Shown here in pieces: positions 1-9,230 of a DNA stretch of 64,000 nt. The position numbers were made by a program, and so were the translations under genes. Source of the DNA: Nitrospirota bacterium (GTDB lineage Bacteria > Nitrospirota > Thermodesulfovibrionia > Thermodesulfovibrionales > Magnetobacteriaceae); the NCBI GenBank assembly GCA_015233245.1, contig JADFYB010000001.1:23386-87385 (forward strand), in the 5' to 3' direction. Position 1 is the first letter of the stretch. Each line of letters begins with the position of its first letter. The notes beneath the pieces are model-generated. The model ran no database searches and was not told the DNA's origin. It saw only the letters and a program-made list of their open reading frames with translations.

Positions 1-444
1 TATTTGTTCCTTAACTGATCTTATAAGAGCCTCGACTTCTAAGGACAGAACGTCAGGCTTTTTCTCTTCTATTTTTTGTATGTGGGCAATAAAGATGTTA
101 TCCTTTTCATGTATGTCGTAACATCTGGCCTTTGTTATTCCCTGAACCAGTATTTTGACGCGCCCGTCGGGCAGCTTCAGCATCCTCATGATGAGTCCAA
201 CGGTGCCCGTGTGATAGAGTTCATCTATGGATGGGTTTTCGGTATTAAGATCCTTCTGAGTGAGCAACATTATCATCCTGTTAGTGCTTAAAGATGAATC
301 TATAGAACTTATTGATTTTTCACGCCCGACAAACAAAGGGATTATCATATAAGGAAATACAACTATGTCTCGAACAGGAAGCACTGGTAATACATCGGGA
401 ATTTCAAGTTCTTTTTCATCTATTTTTTTATCAGCTTCACCCAT
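1..444 (-). CDS. lon: ATP-dependent Lon protease, N-terminal 148 codons only (gene runs off the left window edge)
   Basis: Not in the supplied ORF track. The reverse complement from ATG at 444..442 reads MGEADKKIDEKELEIPDVLPVLPVRDIVVFPYMIIPLFVGREKSISSID...HTGTVGLIMRMLKLPDGRVKILVQGITKA. It is open and in frame to base 1. LPVLPxRDxVVFPxMxxPLxVGRxKSI and DGxxKILVQG are hallmarks of the Lon N-terminal domain. The start lies 1 nt after the hsp20 stop. Confidence 0.85.
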   Translation of the reverse strand, partial: MGEADKKIDEKELEIPDVLPVLPVRDIVVFPYMIIPLFVGREKSISSIDSSLSTNRMIMLLTQKDLNTENPSIDELYHTGTVGLIMRMLKLPDGRVKILVQGITKARCYDIHEKDNIFIAHIQKIEEKKPDVLSLEVEALIRSVKEQI

Positions 445-445
445 C

Positions 446-838
446 TTAATCTCCTATTGTCGCTCTTTCAATTGTAATTGTTATAACTCTGTCCCTGGTT
501 TTTTCAAAAGTAAGTTTTATAACCCCTTTAAAATAAACGGCCTTACCTGAGGCGACATTCACCCTGATTGGTAGCTTCACCATGCGTTTAAAGTGGTCAT
601 AACATCGTTCCATGCAAAAAAAACGGCTTCCCTCAGCATTTGTTGTCTTACATTTGTCCCCTTCGATAACCACAACATCGTCACAAACTCTTATGCTGAG
701 AGCCTCTAAAACAATCCCCGGCGCATCCACTTCAAACACGAGCAGATCATCGGTCTCATATATGTCCATAAGAGGCATTGCCCTTGCAGCATCAGTGCTA
801 TAAAACACACACTCTTTAACATTCATTGTCTGTGGCAT
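446..838 (-). CDS. Hsp20/alpha-crystallin family small heat-shock protein
   Basis: 130-aa ORF of typical sHSP size and pattern: DIYETDDLLVFEVDAPGIVLEALSIRVCDDVVVIEG, then F.R.VKLP..V and a C-terminal GVIKLTFEK strand. It sits directly upstream of lon on the same strand. Confidence 0.85.
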   Translation of the reverse strand: MPQTMNVKECVFYSTDAARAMPLMDIYETDDLLVFEVDAPGIVLEALSIRVCDDVVVIEGDKCKTTNAEGSRFFCMERCYDHFKRMVKLPIRVNVASGKAVYFKGVIKLTFEKTRDRVITITIERATIGD

Positions 839-891
839 ACTTTCTCTCTGTTTTTTTAATAATCAACTGTTAAACACATCTATCAAAAAAT

Positions 892-920
892 AGTATAACA
901 TTCACAGGTAAAAAAGTAAA
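892..920 (-). promoter_or_regulatory. Putative sigma70-type promoter for hsp20-lon
   Basis: On the minus strand, TTTACT (920..915), a 17-nt spacer and TATACT (897..892) lie about 50 nt upstream of the hsp20 ATG and just past the stop of the upstream gene. Pattern match only. Confidence 0.25.
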
Positions 921-922
921 GA

Positions 923-3040
923 CTAAATGACACCCAGGTTTGCCTTATAAAGTCTGACATTTGGGAAATCGTTGTAGATTTCCTCAAAGAGGTTTTTATC
1001 AAAAGTCCCAAGAATAAACATTTTGTTGAAGTTTGACTGATAGGTCTCTTCATCCATGAGAAGCATGTACAGGACGGTTTGGCCTGACTTTATTATTTCA
1101 AGATATTGACCGTAGGGATTATTTATGAAAGTTTGAGTGTCCTTTATTTGACCATTATCTACCGTGAGTATGGATTTAAGCGGGATGTTGCCATTGAGAA
1201 TTCCGGTTGAGCTCTCAACTGTGATCTCTTTAAGAAATTTAATTGGTTTTTTATATTCACGGGCTTTAGCATCGAAATCCCAGTTGCCTATATTGGTAAC
1301 GGCATTAAATGTGTAAATCATATCGTTTGAAAAAAGAACATACACATTGTCACCGTTTAGGCCAAAAGCGGAGCTGATTGCTTTCTGTATTTTCTCCTTA
1401 GCATTTTTGTTCTCATTGCCCTTACTTTTTGAAGCCTCATGGTCTATGTAACAGAGGATATTGTAAAGCTCCCGTTGACTTGTAACCGTTAACCCTCTTG
1501 CCGTAAAATATGTGATTTCCTGAGTCGTAGGGCCTGGGTCATGATATGTCTTAAGGCCAATACTCTGCAGGGCATACCCAGTGTCCCACCACGTAAACAT
1601 CTTAGAATCGGCTGGTACGATTTTTTTTATCTCATTAAATCCCTTATATATTTTCCCGTTAATTAACACAAATGGATTATATAAATAAGCAGGAATAAAG
1701 TCGGTAACAAAGAAAAGTGCAAATATTAAAATATAGAGAAGGATTTCTTTCTTTAATCTTATTTTCTCAATTAGATTTTTAAAAGGAGATACAGACAGTG
1801 TTAGCAGGTAGCCTAAACCAGCTCCGGCAAATGGCGGTAAATACATGGCAAGGCGAATTTCACTCTTAAAGGAAAGAAGTCCGATTAAAAACACTGGCAA
1901 AAGCATAAAAGCTGCTCTGAAGTTCTGGATTATAAAAGCAAGAAAACCTAAAATTCCAATCAATGGCAGCCATGCTCCGCTATAAAAGACAGTGGACATA
2001 ACCACTTGAGGTGTATAATGTTTTGTTTCTCTTGTAAAACTTTCCCTCCCGGGAAAACTGTCTCCTGTCTTTATTGTTTCCACTGATGATATTGTTGAAA
2101 ATCTGTGTGTAAAAATCCGGAGTTTGTCTAACTCAGGCGTCAATGCATTAAAGCACAGCGTAAATACGATAAGAAAAAGCACTGCTGAAATAAAGCGTAT
2201 TAACAGTTCCCACTTTTGAAGGTCTCTGTAGCGGTAAAGCAAAAAACCAATAAGGATTATAATAAAAAACACTACTAAAAGCAGAGTAACACTTAGGTGC
2301 AGCAATGACTTATTTAAAAAGGAAAACGAAAAACACAGCAAAAACGAAACAGCGATATGTTTATACTTTACCTTATAAAAAACAAGTGAAATAACTAGTA
2401 TAGCAAGGTAAATAAAGGTGAACCATCTGTGTCCCTGATACCACCAGTCAAAAAAAGACAAGGCAACACCGGTAAGAGCTGAGTACAGATAAATCTGCTT
2501 ATGGGTGTTAGCTGCAGCAGTTGATTTTAAAATAAAAAATGAGACGAGAAATGGGAAGAATAAATTTAACAGATCCGTATCAAATCTGCCAATAGCAGTT
2601 CTTTCAAAATATATCTTACCAAATGTGCCAAAGACAGAGGCCGAAATAGCCATACCTGGGTGTCCGGTTTTATAAAAAAACAACGATAGTGGAATTATAA
2701 AGAGTCCTGAAAGAAAAAACACCGTGTAAAAAGCAGCCCGTGTGGTGTTGTTTCCAAAAAGCCCTGAAAGCTTAACCGCTATTACGCTGATAAGAGGGGT
2801 TTCAAGTGCCGGAGTTCCTTGTTCGTACTCATGGGCATTAATAATCCAGTCGTAGGCGTCAACTGTTGACATCATGGGGGTGCTGCCGTAAAAGAACAGA
2901 TCCGGCTGCATTTTCCATTTACTCATTGCATGGTACCTGACAAATACAGAAAGAAACAGACACAACAATACAAGCGCACCAAAAATAATTTTTCCAGTTG
3001 TTATTTTTGTTGTAGCCTCAGGGCTAGTATCCTCTGTCAT
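923..3040 (-). CDS. STT3/PglB/AglB-family oligosaccharyltransferase (GT-C, polytopic membrane protein with C-terminal soluble domain)
   Basis: 705 aa with many N-terminal TM helices. Three family motifs are present. The first-loop acidic motif is STVDAYDW (aa 58-65). GRFDTDLLNLFFP (aa 151-163) resembles PglB GYYDTDML. The signature WWDxG is WWDTG at aa 484-488, nt 1577..1591, which I checked by back-translation (TGG TGG GAC ACT GGG). Confidence 0.8.
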   Translation of the reverse strand: MTEDTSPEATTKITTGKIIFGALVLLCLFLSVFVRYHAMSKWKMQPDLFFYGSTPMMSTVDAYDWIINAHEYEQGTPALETPLISVIAVKLSGLFGNNTTRAAFYTVFFLSGLFIIPLSLFFYKTGHPGMAISASVFGTFGKIYFERTAIGRFDTDLLNLFFPFLVSFFILKSTAAANTHKQIYLYSALTGVALSFFDWWYQGHRWFTFIYLAILVISLVFYKVKYKHIAVSFLLCFSFSFLNKSLLHLSVTLLLVVFFIIILIGFLLYRYRDLQKWELLIRFISAVLFLIVFTLCFNALTPELDKLRIFTHRFSTISSVETIKTGDSFPGRESFTRETKHYTPQVVMSTVFYSGAWLPLIGILGFLAFIIQNFRAAFMLLPVFLIGLLSFKSEIRLAMYLPPFAGAGLGYLLTLSVSPFKNLIEKIRLKKEILLYILIFALFFVTDFIPAYLYNPFVLINGKIYKGFNEIKKIVPADSKMFTWWDTGYALQSIGLKTYHDPGPTTQEITYFTARGLTVTSQRELYNILCYIDHEASKSKGNENKNAKEKIQKAISSAFGLNGDNVYVLFSNDMIYTFNAVTNIGNWDFDAKAREYKKPIKFLKEITVESSTGILNGNIPLKSILTVDNGQIKDTQTFINNPYGQYLEIIKSGQTVLYMLLMDEETYQSNFNKMFILGTFDKNLFEEIYNDFPNVRLYKANLGVI

Positions 3041-4611
3041 GGGCTCACCTCGTTGTATTTCATAACGTAAATACAGTACCTTTCATCGCCAACTATGCCG
3101 TTAGCAAATGCCTTTATCAATACTATATTGTTTCGTTTCATTTGTTGTCGTGTAAGTGGGCTGTTTAACACAAGCAGGATATTGCTTTTCCTCAGTCTCA
3201 TAAATTTTTCTATTTCTTTCAACACGCCATCACTGTTAGTATAGAGACGCTTATTGTTTGAAATGACGTATGTACCGTAGCGCCCAGTTATTGGATAAAA
3301 CATACTTTTACCAAGATAAACTGCAACAGAGGTGGTTTGGTAGTCGGCATCAGCTGCTATTGGTAATAAGTCAAGATTGTTGGCTTTTATGAAATCAGCA
3401 GTATCTTTGGCATCTGTAAATGGATACATAGCAGATATTGTTATTACTACTAAGGCGGCAAATATATGGATTATTATCAAAAAATTTAACCATACGTTTT
3501 TTTTCCCCTCAAAAAACAAACAAAACTTGTTTAAAAAAGGCAGTTTGAATGCAACAGGCCTGTAATAATAAGCGAGCCATAGAGAGCAGATAAAAATCAT
3601 AAAAAGGTGTCCTCTGTGTCTTATCATGCTTCCATATAAAAGATCACTAAAAGCCATAATAGCAGCATTTCCTGTTATGAAAAAAAATGCGGCAACCGGA
3701 CGTCTAATAACCATGAAAAAAGTAACAAACAAAAAAGTTATTCCTACTACAACTCTCGTAAAAAACAGCACTAAAGGGTTTTGGGATATATAGCTGATTA
3801 TATTACCACTCCAGAAGTTTTGTTTAAACATAGGTATCGGGAAATACACGTTGTAAACATTTGCAATCTGATTGAGGAGGCGCATGAAATCATACGTGGG
3901 GTCACCAGTCAAAAATTCTGGTTTTTTAAGATACAGGGAATCAGGCGGCGGCAGCATTTGATATATTGAAACAAGAAGGCCAGAGATGAAAATAAGGGCG
4001 CTTAGTGCAAAAATTAGCCATGTTTTAGTATCTTTTTGCTTGTTAATCAAAAATTCAAAACACAAAGTCAGAGCAAACACAATTGCTACAACAGATGCGT
4101 AGGCATTTATCTGGCACATTAAAAAGAGCACAACTGACAGTAATATGTAGTTTCTCCTGCCTTCAACAGGTCTTATCATATAGGCAAAAATAAAAAACAA
4201 CAATACTCCCATAGAATAATTTCTACTTATGACGGCATACTCAAAAAAAGTAAAGTATCCAAAAATAAAGAAAATGCGTTGCCATTTTTTAAAAGGAGCA
4301 AACTTTAAAAATACAAAAGCGGCAGCCGTGGCAATGCACAGGTGAGCCATCTGCATTGCAGCCATGTTGTTGGTAAGTTTGGTAAGCAGATAGACTATCA
4401 GTACCCAAAGTCTAGGATGTCCCTCATACCTGTAGTTATAAAAAAGCTCAGATAAAGAGGTGCTTTCCTTTGCTATTGCCCACGGCCCTAACTCATCTCT
4501 CCACATTACGTGGTTAAGCAGATTTATCAGGGTAACAGCGAAATAGACACAGATAGCAATGTAAAGAGCCGTATCAGGCTTTTTTAATATCCCTTTTATT
4601 TTATCCGTCAT
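3037..4611 (-). CDS. Polytopic membrane protein, probable GT-C-fold glycosyltransferase (ArnT/PMT-like)
   Basis: 524 aa with about 12 predicted TM helices. An acidic RDE motif sits in the first loop (HVMWRDELGPW), as in the GT39/GT83 families, followed by a soluble C-terminal domain. Its stop overlaps the STT3 start (ATGA at 3037..3040). Confidence 0.5.
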   Translation of the reverse strand: MTDKIKGILKKPDTALYIAICVYFAVTLINLLNHVMWRDELGPWAIAKESTSLSELFYNYRYEGHPRLWVLIVYLLTKLTNNMAAMQMAHLCIATAAAFVFLKFAPFKKWQRIFFIFGYFTFFEYAVISRNYSMGVLLFFIFAYMIRPVEGRRNYILLSVVLFLMCQINAYASVVAIVFALTLCFEFLINKQKDTKTWLIFALSALIFISGLLVSIYQMLPPPDSLYLKKPEFLTGDPTYDFMRLLNQIANVYNVYFPIPMFKQNFWSGNIISYISQNPLVLFFTRVVVGITFLFVTFFMVIRRPVAAFFFITGNAAIMAFSDLLYGSMIRHRGHLFMIFICSLWLAYYYRPVAFKLPFLNKFCLFFEGKKNVWLNFLIIIHIFAALVVITISAMYPFTDAKDTADFIKANNLDLLPIAADADYQTTSVAVYLGKSMFYPITGRYGTYVISNNKRLYTNSDGVLKEIEKFMRLRKSNILLVLNSPLTRQQMKRNNIVLIKAFANGIVGDERYCIYVMKYNEVSP

Positions 4612-4687
4612 CCGTCAGGTATCCCTAAAATATGTTCACTAAAAACATTGACATTTAGTATAATACACATGTTTTAGAATTGGAAAG

Positions 4688-6502
4688 ATGGTAAAAGAAT
4701 CGGCACCCTGGAAAGGGATAATCAAGTCTTTAGGACTCGTATTTGGAGATATTGGTACAAGTCCAATTTACACACTGACCGTAATCCTCCTGCTTATTGA
4801 GCCAACACAGGACAACATAACCGGTGTTTTGTCGCTGATTGTGTGGACGTTGATTGTGCTTGTGACGATAGAGTACGCGTGGCTTGCAATGTCTTTGGGT
4901 AAAAAGGGAGAGGGTGGAACTGTTGTGCTTAAAGAGCTGTTGACTCCTTTATTAAGAAATGTCTGGAGCGTACGACTGGTATCCACTCTTTCGATTATCG
5001 GCATATCGCTGCTAATTGGGGACGGGGTTATAACGCCCGCAATAAGTATTCTTAGTGCGGTGGAGGGAGCAAGGCTGATTCCAGGATGGGAAAATTTAAC
5101 CACTAACCAGATACTGATATCATCAGGGATAATTGCCATAGTGCTGTTTTTATTTCAAAGAAAGGGGACCGAGAAAGTGGCAAGCGCCTTTGGCCCTATT
5201 ATGGTCATATGGTTTGTGTGTCTTAGTGTTTCGGGAGTGCTTTCACTTCAGGAATTTCCACACGTATTAAAGGCTGTGAATCCGTACTATGGGATAAAGT
5301 TCATGTCTGACAAGGGATTAAGCGGTTTTTTTATTTTATCTGAGGTGACTCTTTGTGCCACAGGCGGTGAGGCTCTCTATGCCGACATGGGACACCTTGG
5401 CAGAAAGCCAATAGTGAAGGCATGGTACTTTGTTGTTGTTGCGCTTATATTAAATTACCTTGGGCAGGGAGCTTATGTAATAAAACATCCTGCGGCTAAA
5501 AATGTGCTTTTTGAGATGATTTTTCATCAAGCACAGTTTCTTTATGTACCTTTTTTAGTTCTAAGCATAATGGCAACCATCATAGCCTCTCAGGCTATGA
5601 TAAGCGGTATGTTTTCTATAGTTTATCAGGGCATCACCACACGGGTTATGCCGATGTTTAAGGTAGATTACACATCCGAGAAGCTGCGCTCTCAGATATA
5701 TATAGGGTTTGTTAACTGGTTTTTGCTGATTTCGGTGCTGTTTATAATGAACAGATTCAGGGAATCAAGTAATCTTGCCGCTGCCTACGGACTTGCTGTC
5801 ACGGGAACTATGTCACTTACAGGGTTTTTCATGACATGGATTTTCTTTTTGAAAAAACAGTATATTCGATCGTCTTTTTCTCTTGCTGTTTTCATAATAG
5901 ATCTGATATTTTTCCTTTCCAACATGTTTAAAATCCCACATGGCGGATACTGGTCTGTAATCATTGCTTCTATCCCGCTGTCAATAATATTGATATACAC
6001 GGCAGGACAAAAGAGATTATACAAGAGCTTAAAGCCAGTTCCTCTGGCCGATTTTTTGCCTAAATACACAGAAACCTACAGAACTTTGAACAAAATACGA
6101 GGTACGGTCTTATATTTTGCGAGGGATATGCAGTTGATACCTCCGTATGTGGTAAGTACAATGTTTACAGCCAACATAATTTACGAGGACAATGTCATTG
6201 TATCCATCCGTGTAACGGATGAGCCTTTTGGTGTAAAGGGCTGGCCGGAGAAGGAGGCTGCACCAGGGTTAAGAGCATTTAAAATAGAGATAGGCTACAT
6301 GGAGGTTATTGATGTGGAGGCAATATTAAATATAAACAGCATTTATGAAAAGACCATATTTTATGGTGTGGAGGATATAGTCACAAGGAATTTTATATGG
6401 CAAATCTTTTCAATAATAAAACGGCTTACGCCTGCCTTTGTTCAGTTCTATGCCCTGCCTTCTTATAAACTCCGTGGAGTTGTCACAAGAATTGATATGT
6501 AG
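4688..6502 (+). CDS. kup: KUP/HAK/KT-family potassium uptake protein
   Basis: 604 aa. The N-terminal signature GLVFGDIGTSPIYT is present, with 12-TM architecture and a C-terminal cytoplasmic domain. A GGAAAG RBS precedes the ATG. Confidence 0.95.
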   Translation: MVKESAPWKGIIKSLGLVFGDIGTSPIYTLTVILLLIEPTQDNITGVLSLIVWTLIVLVTIEYAWLAMSLGKKGEGGTVVLKELLTPLLRNVWSVRLVSTLSIIGISLLIGDGVITPAISILSAVEGARLIPGWENLTTNQILISSGIIAIVLFLFQRKGTEKVASAFGPIMVIWFVCLSVSGVLSLQEFPHVLKAVNPYYGIKFMSDKGLSGFFILSEVTLCATGGEALYADMGHLGRKPIVKAWYFVVVALILNYLGQGAYVIKHPAAKNVLFEMIFHQAQFLYVPFLVLSIMATIIASQAMISGMFSIVYQGITTRVMPMFKVDYTSEKLRSQIYIGFVNWFLLISVLFIMNRFRESSNLAAAYGLAVTGTMSLTGFFMTWIFFLKKQYIRSSFSLAVFIIDLIFFLSNMFKIPHGGYWSVIIASIPLSIILIYTAGQKRLYKSLKPVPLADFLPKYTETYRTLNKIRGTVLYFARDMQLIPPYVVSTMFTANIIYEDNVIVSIRVTDEPFGVKGWPEKEAAPGLRAFKIEIGYMEVIDVEAILNINSIYEKTIFYGVEDIVTRNFIWQIFSIIKRLTPAFVQFYALPSYKLRGVVTRIDM

Positions 6503-6517
6503 CTTTGACAGCGGTGT

Positions 6518-6545
6518 TTGACAACATCGGAACATACGTTATAAA
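6518..6545 (+). promoter_or_regulatory. Putative sigma70 promoter of the first repeat-module gene
   Basis: TTGACA (6518..6523), a 16-nt spacer and TATAAA (6540..6545) lie about 35 nt upstream of the ATG at 6580. The -35 block is conserved upstream of the next gene (7241..7262). Confidence 0.4.
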
Positions 6546-6579
6546 ATAGCTCAACATAGTATGGAACAGGTGACTTCAC

Positions 6580-7218
6580 ATGTCATATGAGGATAGAGAT
6601 TACGAGGGCTATGTAGAGAGCTTTGACGAAACCGGACTTGCAGGCTGGGCTTATAATAGAAAGTGTCCGGATACCCCCGTAGAGGTCGAAATCTACGACC
6701 TGTCATCTCAGACACACTTAACCATTACCGCTGATTTGCATAGAAAGGATCTTGAAGATACAGAAAGAGGTAATGGCTGTCATGCCTTTAAATGTGCTTT
6801 CCCTGCTATTATGGCTGATAATGAACATCACACAATATCTGTAAAAATTTCTAATTCCGATTTCTTTTTGCAAAATAGCCCTTTTGAAATTTATATACCT
6901 GCCGAGTATGAAGGCTATATTGATGGTTTTGATGAAAATGGGTTTACAGGGTGGGCATATGCTAAGAAAAGTCCCGATACATCTGTTGAGGTTGAGATAT
7001 ATGATGTAACAACTCAGACTCTTATTAGTACCATGACAGCCAATACATACCGGAGGGATCTTGAGGAGTCAGGGATAGGCAATGGCTGTCACTCATTTAA
7101 GTTTTATTATCCGGCATACATGTCTGATAATAAAAATCATACAATATCCGTTAAGATTTCTAATTCTGATTTTTTGTTGGATAATAGCCCCTTTACAGTT
7201 TGTCTGCCTGCAGTTTAA
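6580..7218 (+). CDS. Protein made of two tandem copies of a ~102-aa module (no catalytic domain); function unknown
   Basis: 212-aa ORF. Both halves align: YEGYVESFDETGLAGWAYNRKCPDTPVEVEIYD...GNGCHAFKCAFP...HTISVKISNSDFFLQNSPF versus YEGYIDGFDENGFTGWAYAKKSPDTSVEVEIYD...GNGCHSFKFYYP...HTISVKISNSDFLLDNSPF. An AGGTGA RBS is present. Confidence 0.8.
   Translation: MSYEDRDYEGYVESFDETGLAGWAYNRKCPDTPVEVEIYDLSSQTHLTITADLHRKDLEDTERGNGCHAFKCAFPAIMADNEHHTISVKISNSDFFLQNSPFEIYIPAEYEGYIDGFDENGFTGWAYAKKSPDTSVEVEIYDVTTQTLISTMTANTYRRDLEESGIGNGCHSFKFYYPAYMSDNKNHTISVKISNSDFLLDNSPFTVCLPAV
6601..7212 (+). repeat. 2 x 306-bp in-frame coding tandem repeat
   Basis: The YEGY module start recurs at aa 8 and aa 110 (period 102 aa). 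Confidence 0.8.
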
Positions 7219-7284
7219 TCTGGCTTGCATCGTTACAGCCTTGACAACATAGGTAAATACGTGGCTAAATATTAGTAGAGTTAC

Positions 7285-9162
7285 ATGATTTGGGAAAAGT
7301 TAAAAAATACGTATAAGGGGAATAGCGGTTCTGAGGGTTATGTTGAGACCGTTGATACAACCGGGTTTTCAGGATGGGCGTATAATAAGAAGACTCCGGA
7401 TTCGCCTGTTGAGCTAGAAATTTACGATTCCTCCACTCACATCAGCACAATTAAGGCTGATACTTATAGAAAGGATCTTGAGAAAGCAGGCAAAGGTAAT
7501 GGCTGCCATGCGTTTAGTTTTAAGTTTCCACTGCACCTTATAGATAATAAAAATCATGATATATCTGTAAAGATTTCCAACACGGATTACTTTTTAAATA
7601 ACACACCTTTTACTATAAACATACCTATTGATTCTGAGGGAAATTATGTTTTTGAAGGCTATGTTGAGGCCGTTGATACAACCGGGCTTTCAGGGTGGGT
7701 GTATTTTATTGGGACTCCTGACACTCATGTTGAGATAGAAATTTATGATTCATCCACTCACATCAGCACAATTAAGGCTGATACGTATAGGCAGGATCTT
7801 GAAAAGGCAGGAAAAGGTGATGGCTGCCATGCATTTAGTTTCAAATTCCCGCTTCAGCTTAAAGACGATAAAAATCATGATATATCTGTAAAGATTTCTA
7901 ACACGGATTACTTTTTAAATAACAGCCCTTTTACTATAAACATACCTATTGATTCTGAGGAAAATGATGTTTTTGAAGGATATGTAGAGGCTGTTGAAAT
8001 AAGCGAGTTTTCAGGGTGGGCGTACAATAAGAAGACTCCGGATTCTCCTGTTGAGATAGAAATCTATGATTCATCCACTCTCATCGGCACAATTAAGGCC
8101 GATGCATATAGAAGGGATCTTGAGAAGGCAGAAATTGGCAACGGCTGTCATGGTTTTAGATTTAAATTCCCACCGCATTTTGTAGATAAAAAAAATCATG
8201 AAATATCTGTAAAGATTGCTGACACGGATTACTTTTTAAAAAACAGTCCTTTTACAATATACATACCTACAGATATTGATTTTATATCTATTGACATCAC
8301 CAATAACTGTAACCTGAGGTGTCCTTTTTGTCTTGTTGATCGCAGAGGTTTAGTAAATACAGATTTTATGTTGCTTGAAACTTTTAAAAAAGCAATAATG
8401 TTTTTGCCATACCTGCCCGTGGCTTCATTTTATTTATCATGTCTTCACGAACCAACGCTTCATCCTGATTTAGCAAAATTTCTGGAAATTATACCCCTAC
8501 AGTGGCGTAACAGGGTTTTTTTTACAACAAACTTAGCAGCTAACCTCTCTGATGATATTCTTATAGCAATGAGCAAAAGCGGTATTCATCACATTAATAT
8601 TTCAGTAGATACATTAAACCCGTCATTATATCCAAAATTAAGAAAAGGTGGTATTTACAAAAGATTCATGAATAATATTGAACGCTTAACTTCTTTTTTC
8701 TATAAAGAACCCCTTGCTCCGGAACTTCACTTTATAACTGTGGCCTTAAAATCAAACATGAGTGAAATCCCGGATATTGTGGCTCAGTGTGCAAATAAAT
8801 ATCTATCCGTATCGCATGAAGTAAGGTATCCTTTTAATGTAAACAGCATAGATGATACGTGGCGGAAAGATAATTTTATAACTGAGGCAACCGATTGGGA
8901 TGTTATTGCAAATTCGCTGAAAGATATCAGCGCCAACTATGTTTTATGCCGTCCTGAGGATGGCTATTATGATACTTTTGCCTCATCTGTCGATTATTAC
9001 GAAACAGGGCAGCATCATATGAAAGCAACACCTCCTGAAAAGCCTATACAGTTGAGGATTGATCATAGGGGTGTTATCAGAGTTTTAACCAGAGAAGAAT
9101 ATTTCTATGTAAACATACATATACTTAATAATCCTATGAAGCTCTTTACTGCTTTCTTCTGA
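7285..9162 (+). CDS. Three copies of the ~107-aa module fused to a C-terminal radical SAM domain
   Basis: 625 aa. Modules start at about aa 17, 124 and 231. The radical SAM CX3CX2C is NCNLRCPFC at 8308..8331. A GGE-like CLHEPTLHP and FFTTNLA follow. No SPASM-type Cys cluster, signal peptide or TM segment. Confidence 0.85.
   Translation: MIWEKLKNTYKGNSGSEGYVETVDTTGFSGWAYNKKTPDSPVELEIYDSSTHISTIKADTYRKDLEKAGKGNGCHAFSFKFPLHLIDNKNHDISVKISNTDYFLNNTPFTINIPIDSEGNYVFEGYVEAVDTTGLSGWVYFIGTPDTHVEIEIYDSSTHISTIKADTYRQDLEKAGKGDGCHAFSFKFPLQLKDDKNHDISVKISNTDYFLNNSPFTINIPIDSEENDVFEGYVEAVEISEFSGWAYNKKTPDSPVEIEIYDSSTLIGTIKADAYRRDLEKAEIGNGCHGFRFKFPPHFVDKKNHEISVKIADTDYFLKNSPFTIYIPTDIDFISIDITNNCNLRCPFCLVDRRGLVNTDFMLLETFKKAIMFLPYLPVASFYLSCLHEPTLHPDLAKFLEIIPLQWRNRVFFTTNLAANLSDDILIAMSKSGIHHINISVDTLNPSLYPKLRKGGIYKRFMNNIERLTSFFYKEPLAPELHFITVALKSNMSEIPDIVAQCANKYLSVSHEVRYPFNVNSIDDTWRKDNFITEATDWDVIANSLKDISANYVLCRPEDGYYDTFASSVDYYETGQHHMKATPPEKPIQLRIDHRGVIRVLTREEYFYVNIHILNNPMKLFTAFF
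7333..8268 (+). repeat. 3 x 321-bp in-frame coding tandem repeat
   Basis: CCGGG of the GFSGW codons occurs at 7361 and 7682. TCCACTCACATCAGCACAATTAAGGCTGATAC recurs 321 bp apart. Boundaries are approximate. Confidence 0.85.
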
Positions 9163-9230
9163 CTCCATGATGCAGAATCAGAATAGCATGACAGGATCAT
9201 GTCGTATGAAACACAGGGCGATGTGACATT

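Noticed and set aside
76-550. Plus-strand ORFs 76..291 and 365..550 from the track.
   Set aside because: Both are antisense to the clear Lon N-terminal coding frame and the hsp20 3' end, and neither has a recognisable motif.
4768-5139. Antisense ORFs of 60-180 aa inside well-supported genes. Examples are 4768..5139 in kup, 15032..15457 in the B12-rSAM gene, 52726..53259 in ispE, 45660..45974 in comM and 42289..42657 in the dehydrogenase gene.
   Set aside because: Each is fully embedded in a longer ORF with strong family motifs, and none has motifs of its own.
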